NCBI GenBank assembly: GCA_049644925.1
Contig: JBARSW010000206.1
Span: 1 to 57,354, forward strand
Origin: Chitinophagaceae bacterium
GTDB lineage: Bacteria > Bacteroidota > Bacteroidia > Chitinophagales > Chitinophagaceae
DNA length: 57,354 bases
Reading direction: 5' to 3'
Below the pieces are notes generated by a model. It saw only the letters and a program-made list of their open reading frames with translations. It made no database searches and was not told the DNA's origin. The position numbers and the translations under genes are program-made. Below are positions 1 to 8,643 of this stretch, piece by piece; the stretch's first letter is position 1, and each line of letters begins with the position of its first letter.

Positions 1-2
1 TA

Positions 3-545
3 TTATTACTCAAAGCCGTATTTATAAACGGACAGGTCCAACTACACTGGGCAACAGCAAATGAATCAAATAGTAGTCATTTTGAAATTGAAAGATCCAT
101 GAATGGAAGAATTTTTACTAAAATTGGTGAAGTTGATAGCCGTGGAAATAGTATGGTACAGCAGCGTTACGAATTTGCAGACCTATACCCATTTTTTGGT
201 AAAAATTATTATCGTCTTCGCCAGGTGGATATCGATGGACATGCTGTATATTCTTATATGGTAGCCATACAAGAGGGAGAAAAGAAAGCAGGATTTTCTT
301 ACCTGTATCCAAACCCAGTTAATGAGGGATCTGTTAAAATTATCTTTCGTGTGGAACGGCCAGCCAATTATATATTCCAGATGTTTGATATAGAAGGAAA
401 ACTTATGCTTACAAGACAAGTATATTGTATAGTGGGTATAAATGAAATAAGTCTGGATGTTAGTGTATTACCAAGAGGTGTTTTCACTGTTCGTATCAAC
501 AATGGTGAATTCAAATCCATGCAATTAGTAAAGGTAACCGAATAA
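3..545 (+). CDS. T9SS type A sorting domain-containing protein, 3' end (5' truncated by window)
   Basis: Frame is open from position 3 (LLLKAVFINGQVQLHWATANESNSSHFEIERS). It contains YYRLRQVDIDG and a YPNP...CTD tail typical of T9SS cargo. Confidence 0.85.
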   Translation, partial: LLLKAVFINGQVQLHWATANESNSSHFEIERSMNGRIFTKIGEVDSRGNSMVQQRYEFADLYPFFGKNYYRLRQVDIDGHAVYSYMVAIQEGEKKAGFSYLYPNPVNEGSVKIIFRVERPANYIFQMFDIEGKLMLTRQVYCIVGINEISLDVSVLPRGVFTVRINNGEFKSMQLVKVTE

Positions 546-750
546 CTTTACGCTATTAGATCAAACTGATCATCTGCAATATCGTTTACAGGGTATTTTT
601 TATTTGTTCGGAATTGTGTAATTATCGAAAATTAATTTTATGACTTGAATTAAAATTCCTGTTGTACATTAAAATTATTTGCGGATAAAGTCAGTTTATA
701 GGTAAAAAGATAATTTAAATCAGTTTGTTAATGATTTTTCCTCTTTAAAT

Positions 751-786
751 AAAAAATAGCAGGCTAAGTGCCTGCTATTCTTTTTT
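751..786. terminator. Bidirectional intrinsic terminator
   Basis: Stem aatagcaggc/gcctgctatt with A-run before and T-run after, between convergent genes. Confidence 0.75.
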
Positions 787-797
787 AAAAAATAATA

Positions 798-1208
798 TTA
801 TTTTACTTCGTTTATCATAATTTCCTGCACCTGGCGGGTATGACGGTTTACCGTGTATTTTACAGTACTTTTTGTGTTCCTGCAAAAGATTTCAAAATAC
901 AAAGTTTCGTCACCAATTTCATCTGTATTCAGTACAAATTTTTTGGTAAAATTTTCTGCTTTAATGTTTTCCCAATAAAGAGAATTACCATACTCATCCC
1001 TGATTACAATGGTGAATTCATTTTGTGTTGCACTACCGGCACCTGTCAATTGAAAAACCGGTTGTTCGTTGATGTTTCCTATGAAACTCATAGTAACCGG
1101 AACTGTCGGATTTTTTTCAGTAGCGAAGGCAGATGGTGCTGCTGCCACTGAAAATGCCGTTAATAATGCAATGGCGATAATGCGATTGTTTCTGATGATC
1201 TTTTTCAT
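798..1208 (-). CDS. Hypothetical exported protein
   Basis: 136 aa; N-terminal signal peptide (IIAIALLTAFSVAAAPSAFA); small beta-rich domain. Confidence 0.75.
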   Translation of the reverse strand: MKKIIRNNRIIAIALLTAFSVAAAPSAFATEKNPTVPVTMSFIGNINEQPVFQLTGAGSATQNEFTIVIRDEYGNSLYWENIKAENFTKKFVLNTDEIGDETLYFEIFCRNTKSTVKYTVNRHTRQVQEIMINEVK

Positions 1209-1940
1209 AATTTAAGTTTTAAATGTTAATGAGCTGTTTTTTCTGTTTTAAATAAAAAATTTGAGGCGGCAATCGGGATGGCAATAAATCGTGGCAAATA
1301 ATAGGGCAAGTGTAGTTAGAAAAAGTGCCGGATTTATTTCCGGTAAAAGCAATTGATATGCTTTGATAAAGCAAATGTAGTGGCAGTTTAAGTAGCCCGC
1401 AAACCATCATTTTTGTTCCTTTGTTATATCCAACTATGTATGCAATTGTCTAAGTTGTTTACTATCAGTAATGTTGCAACACTGAATTTGCAGATACCCA
1501 ACGTGTTATTTTGCGGTTTAAAAAAGTTTTTTGTATTAAAATGAAAGCAATCGGGCAGATATGTTATTATAAATTGTTTAATAATTGGGAGTTTATTCAA
1601 AAGATATTAGCTCAAATAAAAAATTTAACGGAAATCAAGCTTTAGCACAAGTTGGTTTTATTTTTCTGATTCCTGACAAAATGCCTTTTCATGCGGTAAA
1701 TATTCAATTGACAGAAAGATAATTTTTGTCTAAGTAGTTGAAAATCATAATTATATATTATTGTTAGGAAATAATTGCTAACTGGATTTGGCTAGGTGCA
1801 GAAATATATTATCTTCATTCGGTTAGTTGATATGCCGTATAGGCGCAACTAATTTTCCCTCAACCTATTGGCGGGATATTTGTTAATTTAAAAATGAAAT
1901 TGCATCATAGAACAGAGATGGTGTTAAAAAGGAGAAAAAA

Positions 1941-2534
1941 ATGGCATTCAAAAAAGATGATATTATTATTATTGAACCGAAAGAGATGTTTGTTGGTAAA
2001 ATGGACGCTCCTGTAACATTAGTGGAGTTTGGTGAATATGAAAATGAAGAATGTGCAAAGGTGAATGAAATAGTAAAACAATTACTGATAGACTATGATG
2101 GTAAGATAAGATTCCAGTTTCGTCATTTCCCACTTACATTAATACATCAGCGTAGCCTCAAGGCAAGTGAGTCTGCTGTGGCAGCAGGACAAGAAGGAAA
2201 ATTTTGGGAAATGCATAATGTATTATTTGCCAATCGCCGAAATCTTGGTACTACCAGCCTTAAATTACACAGCAAAGAAGCCGGTGTTAAGAATAAGAAA
2301 TTTTTGGATGACCTGGTAAATGGAATGTTTGGTTGGCAGGTGCAAGATGATATAAAAGAAGGACACAACCGAGGTGTAAAGGAGATTCCTGCTTTCTTTA
2401 TTGATGATGTAATGTTAACGGTAAAACCAACATACGCAAATCTGAGTGCCGCTATAGAGGCTGCATTAAAGAAAGGTAAAAGTAAAACTGCGGTTAAAGC
2501 AAAGCCTAAAGTAAAACAGAAGCAGAGTGCCTGA
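1941..2534 (+). CDS. DsbA/thioredoxin-fold protein with degenerate CXXC
   Basis: DAPVTLVEFGEYENEEC, FRHFPL, GKFWEMH and GVKEIPAFFI match the DsbA-like fold; NEEC stands where CxxC is expected. Confidence 0.85.
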   Translation: MAFKKDDIIIIEPKEMFVGKMDAPVTLVEFGEYENEECAKVNEIVKQLLIDYDGKIRFQFRHFPLTLIHQRSLKASESAVAAGQEGKFWEMHNVLFANRRNLGTTSLKLHSKEAGVKNKKFLDDLVNGMFGWQVQDDIKEGHNRGVKEIPAFFIDDVMLTVKPTYANLSAAIEAALKKGKSKTAVKAKPKVKQKQSA

Positions 2535-2554
2535 TTAAATAAGTATGAAAATAT

Positions 2555-2590
2555 AAAATCCTGCAAGGTTAATTCCCGGCAGGATTTTTT
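2555..2590. terminator. Intrinsic terminator, probably bidirectional
   Basis: aaaatcctgc ... gcaggatttttt inverted repeat between convergent genes. Confidence 0.65.
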
Positions 2591-2613
2591 GTTTGTGGAC
2601 GTTCCGGTTATGT

Positions 2614-2985
2614 TTATGCCTCTGGGCTTTTGTTTACTTCCTCAATTTCCTTAACAGGTTGAACCGGGGCTGTAGTATTTTTTATGTATAATTGAAATGA
2701 TGAATTCATACTGAATTCATAATCTTGCTCTCTTACTAATTGGTAGGTTACCTGGTCATCCAGTAATACAGCAGCTAGTTCTCTTGCCACAGGTGGAGGG
2801 GTGGCTGCTGTTTTTTGAATTCTTCCTTTATGAAGATAGACCGAAAAAGTAAGTTTGGCTTTTCTTCCACCAGCAGCTCTTTCAAAGTCTGTACGGTTCA
2901 TTTCCAGAGTCTGATCACCATTGGGCGAACGTTTCATCAGAATTTTAATAATCGGCAGATACTTTTTCCAAGGCTGGGAGAACAT
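2614..2985 (-). CDS. Hypothetical protein
   Basis: 123 aa ORF with natural composition, co-oriented with neighbours. Confidence 0.7.
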   Translation of the reverse strand: MFSQPWKKYLPIIKILMKRSPNGDQTLEMNRTDFERAAGGRKAKLTFSVYLHKGRIQKTAATPPPVARELAAVLLDDQVTYQLVREQDYEFSMNSSFQLYIKNTTAPVQPVKEIEEVNKSPEA

Positions 2986-3033
2986 ATTGAAGTGTTTTAA
3001 ATTATTTGATTCATGTTACAAATTTAGCAGAAA

Positions 3034-3297
3034 TCAGGAGTTGTTATTCTCTGCTGATAACCGGGTAAACTCCATACCATTAAAAATCCTTGCCAGGTTC
3101 ATATCTTTTGTTTTTCTCCACTGTTCAATATTCTGACCACTTACGATGCGCCAGAAATTCTTGGATTTCAGTTCCTGGTAATCATTGCCCTGTATAAAAA
3201 GACCAGTAATGGTGCTTCTTTGTTTGAAATGTATATTAAGGGCCTTGTCTGTGTTATTCTTGGTTTCTACAAACTTTATAATAGCGTCATTTGTCAT
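3034..3297 (-). CDS. Small hypothetical protein
   Basis: 87 aa ORF (DYQELKSKNFWRIV...RIFNG); no recognisable catalytic motif. Confidence 0.7.
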   Translation of the reverse strand: MTNDAIIKFVETKNNTDKALNIHFKQRSTITGLFIQGNDYQELKSKNFWRIVSGQNIEQWRKTKDMNLARIFNGMEFTRLSAENNNS

Positions 3298-3316
3298 ATT
3301 AAAGGTTTTATTGAGT

Positions 3317-3349
3317 AAAAAAGGGGAGCTAAAAACAGCTCCCCCTCTT
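3317..3349 (-). terminator. Intrinsic terminator of RRM gene
   Basis: ggggagct/agctcccc stem; the A-run on the + strand gives a U-tail on the - strand. Confidence 0.7.
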
Positions 3350-3373
3350 AAGTATCATGTTAGTGATAAATAA

Positions 3374-3685
3374 TTACCAGCGGTTGTTGTTGCTGTTAGA
3401 GTTAGAGTAAGCAGGCCTTGAAGACGACCTTGCAGGTCTTTCTTCTTTAGGTCTGGCTACACTTACTTTGATAGAACGACCATCAACGGTTGCGCCATCT
3501 AATTCAGCAATTGATTTTTCAGCTGCTGCATCATCACTCATTTCCACAAAACCAAAGCCTTTGCTGCGGTTTGTGTATTTGTCCATAATAACTTTTGCAG
3601 AAGTAACTTCTCCGTACTCAGCAAAATAACTTCTTAAGTCTTCATCCGTTACGGCGAAACTTAAATTTGAAACATAAATGTTCAT
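3374..3685 (-). CDS. RRM (RNP-1) RNA-binding protein
   Basis: RNP2 IYVSNL and RNP1 KGFGFVEM; low-complexity S/N/R tail. Confidence 0.95.
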   Translation of the reverse strand: MNIYVSNLSFAVTDEDLRSYFAEYGEVTSAKVIMDKYTNRSKGFGFVEMSDDAAAEKSIAELDGATVDGRSIKVSVARPKEERPARSSSRPAYSNSNSNNNRW

Positions 3686-3813
3686 GTAAAAAAATTAACT
3701 TTTAAAAATACTTGAGAATAACGCAAGGGGTAAAGAAGACTAACTTTTAACAGCAATTACGTAGCAGAAAAATTGTTCACTTACTAGATGCTCTATCGCT
3801 CAAATTGACTTTG

Positions 3814-3821
3814 CAAATATA
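3814..3821 (-). promoter_or_regulatory. Bacteroidota -7 promoter element for RRM gene
   Basis: TATATTTG on the minus strand matches TAnnTTTG, about 130 bp upstream of the ATG. Confidence 0.5.
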
Positions 3822-3863
3822 TGCCTAAAAGTCGAAATACGGATTTTTTTTTAATTTCAAGTT

Positions 3864-6290
3864 TTAATTTGCTTTCTCCGGCGATTCCATGTTGAATATA
3901 TTCCCGTTTTCCTCTTTTTTACGGATCCCAAAACTATAACGCAGGTTGATGCCAAATCTCCGGGTATCTGACTGCCGGAAACCACTTGCATCAACAGAGC
4001 CTTGCCTGATAGTGAATTCGTTTTTGTTAGTGGCAAACATATCACTGAGACTTAGCGTTACAACCAGTTTTTCTTTTAAAAATTTTCTGTTGATGCTGGT
4101 GTTTAATGCGCCAAAAGTGGATAGTTCATAAAATTGCTGTTGTCCTTTCAGTCTTAAAAAACCGTTTAATGTAATGACCGAACGTTTGTCCAGTTTCAAT
4201 GTGTGATAAGTAAAAAAAGTCCAGGTCCCTTTTTTAAAGGAAAGGGGTTTATTTTCATACAATCCCTGGTAAAAATTATGATTATACTGTGCACCTAATA
4301 CAAAAAAATACCTGCCTCCCGGAGGAATAGCACCGAGGCCTCGGAAATACCATTCTTTGTTTTTCCCAAGATTGTCATAAGTACGATAAGCCTGGCTCTG
4401 GCTGGTATCCGATTGGTAAACAACATTAGTGAAAATGTCTTTGGTATCGTTAATCCCAACTGCAAGAATTGGCCTTTCATCTACACTCACATTGGCTTCA
4501 TAATTCTGATTGAATTGCGGACGGAGAGAAGGATTGCCTGTTTCAGTTAAGAATTCATCTATATATCGATTGAAAGGGTTTAATTGTTCATAATTAGGTC
4601 TGCTGATAGTGCGACGATAAACAAGATATGCCCTAAGATCGTAACCAGCAATTTTCATCAGGTTTTTACTCAGGTATATATATGGAAAAAGATCGGTTCG
4701 ATGAATAGAAAACGAAGTATCACCAGGGATGGTTTGTTTACCTTTCATGTTTGTATTTTCCATCCGGGTACCAAATTTAATAACAAAATCTTTGGCCAAT
4801 GTTTTGGCTCCCTGCAGGTAGAGCGAATTGATGTTTTGATTATAATCGAATGTATTGGTACGAGCCAGGTCTTTTGTTCTTAGTCCATTTGTCTCCCGAA
4901 AGTAATTGGTAACATTTAACACAGCATGGATAGTGGATTGGACACCGGTTTCAAACGTAAACCGCTTTTTCATTTTTAATTTCAGGTCGGATCTTCCTGT
5001 GAAGTGAGTACGTTTGTTATCACCTGTTCCATCACCGGCAAAAAAGCGGATTAAAGGAGAGTAATAGTTTGTTGAAAAATCCTGGTCTGATTTATTATTG
5101 GTATGTGTGAAGTAAGTATCGTTGGTCCATTCTGAACCAAGAGAATCAATTTTATATTTTGTTTCAAAACCACTGCCTAATGATAATGAATGACCATCAT
5201 TGTTTACATTATTAATACTGTTGCTTAGCTCCTGTGAGGTGCTGATCTTTTCAATTGTATTATCATTTTGAGAATGGTTATGAAAATTGTTGTAGTTCAG
5301 GCTGCCGTCATATGTCAATTCCCATTTTTTCCCTAATGCCCAGGTTATTCCAAAAGCTGTATAAATAGTATTGCCTGGGTATTTTGTAAAAGCTTCCTGC
5401 CTGAGAATGGAATCGGTATTGAAAATTCTATTGGTTATGATTTTTTCATAACTGTTTCTTCTGCCATAATTAAAATTGAGATATGATGTTTTTTTGCCGG
5501 TATTATTATTCAGGTTGAACCCGATGAACTGGTTACCATATACTCCTTGCTGGAGGCCACCGTTAATGCTGCCCGTTAGTCCTATTTTCACTCCCTTTTT
5601 CAAAACAACATTTACAATGCCACCGCCTGAAGAAGCATCATACTTGGCTGAAGGGGTTTTTATTATTTCAATTTTTGAAATGGAATTAGGAGGCAGGTTT
5701 TTCAACATTGTTGCCACATCAGCAGCACTCATTTTCATGTCACGGCCATTAATTTGAACAGAGGCCGGCGTCATACTGCTGATATAAATGTTTCCATCCT
5801 GGTCCACAAACAAGCCGGGTGTTTTTTCAATCACTTCATAACCGCTGGTAGATGCTTCCACCAGGTTTTCCGGATCAACAATCAATTTATCATCTTCCTG
5901 TTTCATCAATGGTTTTTTTGAACGAAGTACAACCGTTTCTAAAGTTTTACCAAGCGGTTCAACTGAATAACTAAAAATTGTTTGATTGCCCGTAATGACG
6001 ATCCCTTTTTCAATAGGATGATAACTTATTGATGATATTTTAATAGTGTATTGGTTCCCTTTTAGAAGTTCGAATTTAGCAGTACCTGTACTATCCGTTA
6101 TTTTCTTTGAACTTTTTGTGGTGTCAATCCTGTTGATTACAAAAATGTTTGCAAAGGCAACAGATTCTTTTTTATGGTTTAAAATTTTAAAAGTTACCGG
6201 GATTGTCTGGCCAGCTGAAGCAAAGGACACCAGTATTAATACTAAAAACAGGAAAAATTTTCCAGGGATAAAGTGTAAAGGTTTAAGCAT
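3864..6290 (-). CDS. TonB-dependent receptor-like outer membrane beta-barrel protein
   Basis: Signal peptide, carboxypeptidase-regulatory-like N domain, plug motif IEIIKTPSAKYDA..GGIVNVVLKK, GNPSLRP, C-terminal INLRYSFG. Confidence 0.9.
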   Translation of the reverse strand: MLKPLHFIPGKFFLFLVLILVSFASAGQTIPVTFKILNHKKESVAFANIFVINRIDTTKSSKKITDSTGTAKFELLKGNQYTIKISSISYHPIEKGIVITGNQTIFSYSVEPLGKTLETVVLRSKKPLMKQEDDKLIVDPENLVEASTSGYEVIEKTPGLFVDQDGNIYISSMTPASVQINGRDMKMSAADVATMLKNLPPNSISKIEIIKTPSAKYDASSGGGIVNVVLKKGVKIGLTGSINGGLQQGVYGNQFIGFNLNNNTGKKTSYLNFNYGRRNSYEKIITNRIFNTDSILRQEAFTKYPGNTIYTAFGITWALGKKWELTYDGSLNYNNFHNHSQNDNTIEKISTSQELSNSINNVNNDGHSLSLGSGFETKYKIDSLGSEWTNDTYFTHTNNKSDQDFSTNYYSPLIRFFAGDGTGDNKRTHFTGRSDLKLKMKKRFTFETGVQSTIHAVLNVTNYFRETNGLRTKDLARTNTFDYNQNINSLYLQGAKTLAKDFVIKFGTRMENTNMKGKQTIPGDTSFSIHRTDLFPYIYLSKNLMKIAGYDLRAYLVYRRTISRPNYEQLNPFNRYIDEFLTETGNPSLRPQFNQNYEANVSVDERPILAVGINDTKDIFTNVVYQSDTSQSQAYRTYDNLGKNKEWYFRGLGAIPPGGRYFFVLGAQYNHNFYQGLYENKPLSFKKGTWTFFTYHTLKLDKRSVITLNGFLRLKGQQQFYELSTFGALNTSINRKFLKEKLVVTLSLSDMFATNKNEFTIRQGSVDASGFRQSDTRRFGINLRYSFGIRKKEENGNIFNMESPEKAN

Positions 6291-6382
6291 AATTAATGTG
6301 AAAATTGAGAATGGGCAAAAATATATAATTATACTTCCATCAAATGCCTGAAAAGGATAAGTGGTTGATATTTCTATTTCTT

Positions 6383-6859
6383 TTAACCTTTACTTGGTTT
6401 TTCTTTCTGAATTTTATTTTCTTGTTTTTGTTTTCTATCATGTTTTGTCTTGGCCTCATCAATAGAATGAGTATGATGGATATCGGCTTCTGATTTTGCC
6501 AGTGCTGATAGTTTAACATAAAATTTCTTAAGCGTTTCCAGCTCTTCACTTGAAAGTTCTTCAATATCTACTAACCGGTTACTGGCAGTAGAGGAGGCCG
6601 CAATAAGTTCATTCAGTTTTAATTGTACTGCTATGGTGTCTTTATTTTGCGATTGTTGTATAACAAAGACCATCAGAAAAGTGATAACAGTGGTTCCTGT
6701 ATTTATTACGAGCTGCCAGGTGTCTGAATATTTAAAGATTGGTCCGGTAACCAGCCATGCAACTATTACCAGGCAGGCCAGAATAAAAGCTAACGGTTTC
6801 CCGGTTGCTTTTGTCACTTTTGCGGCAAATCTTTCAAAAAGGGGACTTGTATTTTTCAT
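6383..6859 (-). CDS. Low-affinity iron permease family protein (Fet4-like)
   Basis: SDTWQLVINTGTTVITFLMVFVIQQSQNKD..AVQLKLNELI signature. Confidence 0.9.
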   Translation of the reverse strand: MKNTSPLFERFAAKVTKATGKPLAFILACLVIVAWLVTGPIFKYSDTWQLVINTGTTVITFLMVFVIQQSQNKDTIAVQLKLNELIAASSTASNRLVDIEELSSEELETLKKFYVKLSALAKSEADIHHTHSIDEAKTKHDRKQKQENKIQKEKPSKG

Positions 6860-6925
6860 AAATTTATTTTTTCGAGGGTTGATGATTTCATTATGATTAC
6901 CGAAATTTAATCATTCAGTTCAACA

Positions 6926-7423
6926 ATGATAAAATTTACTGTTACTATACACAAGTTTGGCCAAAAAGGTGAAAAAACCGGTTGGACTTATATTGAAATT
7001 CCCGCCGATATCGCACAGCAATTAAAACCCGGAAACAGGAAAGAGTTTAAAGTAAAAGGCAAACTGGATACTTATGTTATTAAGAGAGTTTCTTTATTAC
7101 CAATGGGCGGGGGTATTTTCATTATGGCATTAAATGCGGCAATGAGGAAAGCAATTGGCAAGAAACAGGGTGCAATACTTCAAGTTCAACTTTCTGAAGA
7201 TAAAAGTGAATTTGTTTTCAACAAAGATTTTATGGAATGCCTGAATGATGAACCTGCTGCAAAAATATTTTTCGAAAGTTTGCCCGGTTCACATCAACGT
7301 TATTTCAGCAGGTGGATTGATGATGCAAAGACAGAACCAACCAAGGTTAAGAGAATAACTATGGCAGTAAATGCGTTGGCCAAAAAATGGGGATACCCGG
7401 AGATGATAAGGGCAAGTAAGTAA
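6926..7423 (+). CDS. DUF1905 + YdeI/OmpD-associated (OmdA) family protein
   Basis: GEKTGWTYIEIP, LLPMGGG, FFESLPGSHQRYFSRWIDDAK..TK.KRI. Confidence 0.85.
   Translation: MIKFTVTIHKFGQKGEKTGWTYIEIPADIAQQLKPGNRKEFKVKGKLDTYVIKRVSLLPMGGGIFIMALNAAMRKAIGKKQGAILQVQLSEDKSEFVFNKDFMECLNDEPAAKIFFESLPGSHQRYFSRWIDDAKTEPTKVKRITMAVNALAKKWGYPEMIRASK
7187..7243 (+). repeat. 57-bp perfect direct repeat, copy 1 (inside ydeI-like gene)
   Basis: caactttctgaagataaaagtgaatttgttttcaacaaagattttatggaatgcctg is identical to 24385-24441. Confidence 0.95.
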
Positions 7424-7639
7424 TGAGCAAATTTGGTAGAATTGAATGAGCCTGTAGTGAAATACAGAAAAAAAATGAATCAGATAAATCAACATAATAA
7501 CCGGATATCTGTACTTAAAAGTCATCAGGGAGATGGTACATAAAAAAGATTTACTTGTTAACAAGTACTTTTGTTAGTTGCAAAACCATATACAGTAATA
7601 CTTCTAATTCAATATCATTTTTCAACAAAATGGGAATAA

Positions 7640-8641
7640 TCAATCTTCAAGGATCAGCCTGCCGATAGTAGTTACCGGGTAATTGTTCCATCGCATAAAA
7701 TTTAATCCTACAACAGCATCGCTTCCGATTGAACCGGTATATACAGCATCTGTAAAATAAAAAGTATTAAAAAGGGTTAAAACGTGTTGAACGCCGTTAT
7801 CCCCGTCGGTTCCTTCAAGGTCATTGCTTGTACGCCACTTCCTGCCACCTGCCGCATTTGTATAAAACAGGCTTGTACTTACTGATGCACTTTGGGTCAT
7901 ACCTGCGGCCCAGTTGGTCATAGTTATTGTAACTTTACATCCATCATCATCCGCACAAAGGTCATCTACTATTGCTTGTGGAATTGGTATTGAGGAACCC
8001 TGTGGTATTGAAGCATTAATCTCCCATATAAATCTTTTCGGGTTCATGTTAAAGGTAGTAAAGGTGCTACTGCCATTTATGGATTTTAGTCCCATACTGC
8101 CTGAAAGTTCTATCCAAGTTGCACTTTCGCTAAACCAGTACGAATTGGTTTCTGAGTCGTATACCAGCAAGCCATTAGCCGGTGCTGTTATCGCAGTTCT
8201 TTGTGCGGTGCTCATCCTAGGTATTAAAACGCCGGCCGTGGTTGAACTGATTTCAAGTGCTGCACTGGCATTCGGCGTAGTGGTGCCAATGCCAAGCCTG
8301 CCCGTACTGTCGAGAAGCATTTTTGTATCAGTAGTCAGAAAACTATTTCCATATACCCAGGAAAAGTTTCTGGTTTGGTTTAATCCGGTAAACCATGCTT
8401 TGGCACCAGTACCAGCTATTCCCGCATTGCGAAAACCAAGAGCCGCTTCTCCGGTAGATGTATTGGTATTCTCAATAAGTACAGACTGGTCTGTGCCACT
8501 ATTAGCACCTACTGTTGAAACGAAATGTAATTTGGTTTGAGGTGTAGTCGTTCCGATACCTACGTTTTGTGCTTTAACTGGTAGCCTGCTTATAAATAGT
8601 AAAGAGAGTATTATAACGACAGTACTTTTAGTAGAATACAT
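7640..8641 (-). CDS. Exported fibre-like protein with GIGTTTP repeats
   Basis: Signal peptide; QNVGIGTTTP and RLGIGTTTP..LEISST..GVLIPRM..GLLVYD modules; Cys-containing C-terminal domain (DLCADDDGC). Confidence 0.8.
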   Translation of the reverse strand: MYSTKSTVVIILSLLFISRLPVKAQNVGIGTTTPQTKLHFVSTVGANSGTDQSVLIENTNTSTGEAALGFRNAGIAGTGAKAWFTGLNQTRNFSWVYGNSFLTTDTKMLLDSTGRLGIGTTTPNASAALEISSTTAGVLIPRMSTAQRTAITAPANGLLVYDSETNSYWFSESATWIELSGSMGLKSINGSSTFTTFNMNPKRFIWEINASIPQGSSIPIPQAIVDDLCADDDGCKVTITMTNWAAGMTQSASVSTSLFYTNAAGGRKWRTSNDLEGTDGDNGVQHVLTLFNTFYFTDAVYTGSIGSDAVVGLNFMRWNNYPVTTIGRLILED

Positions 8642-8643
8642 AT

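Noticed and set aside
1219..1410. 63-aa ORF as a leader peptide
   Set aside because: No recognisable features; more simply the regulatory region of the downstream gene.
7914..8540. Long antisense ORFs (also 2147-2566, 24828-25277, 33770-34282, 37683-38063, 39494-39838, 45990-46370)
   Set aside because: They lie opposite well-supported genes and show no motifs; shadow ORFs.
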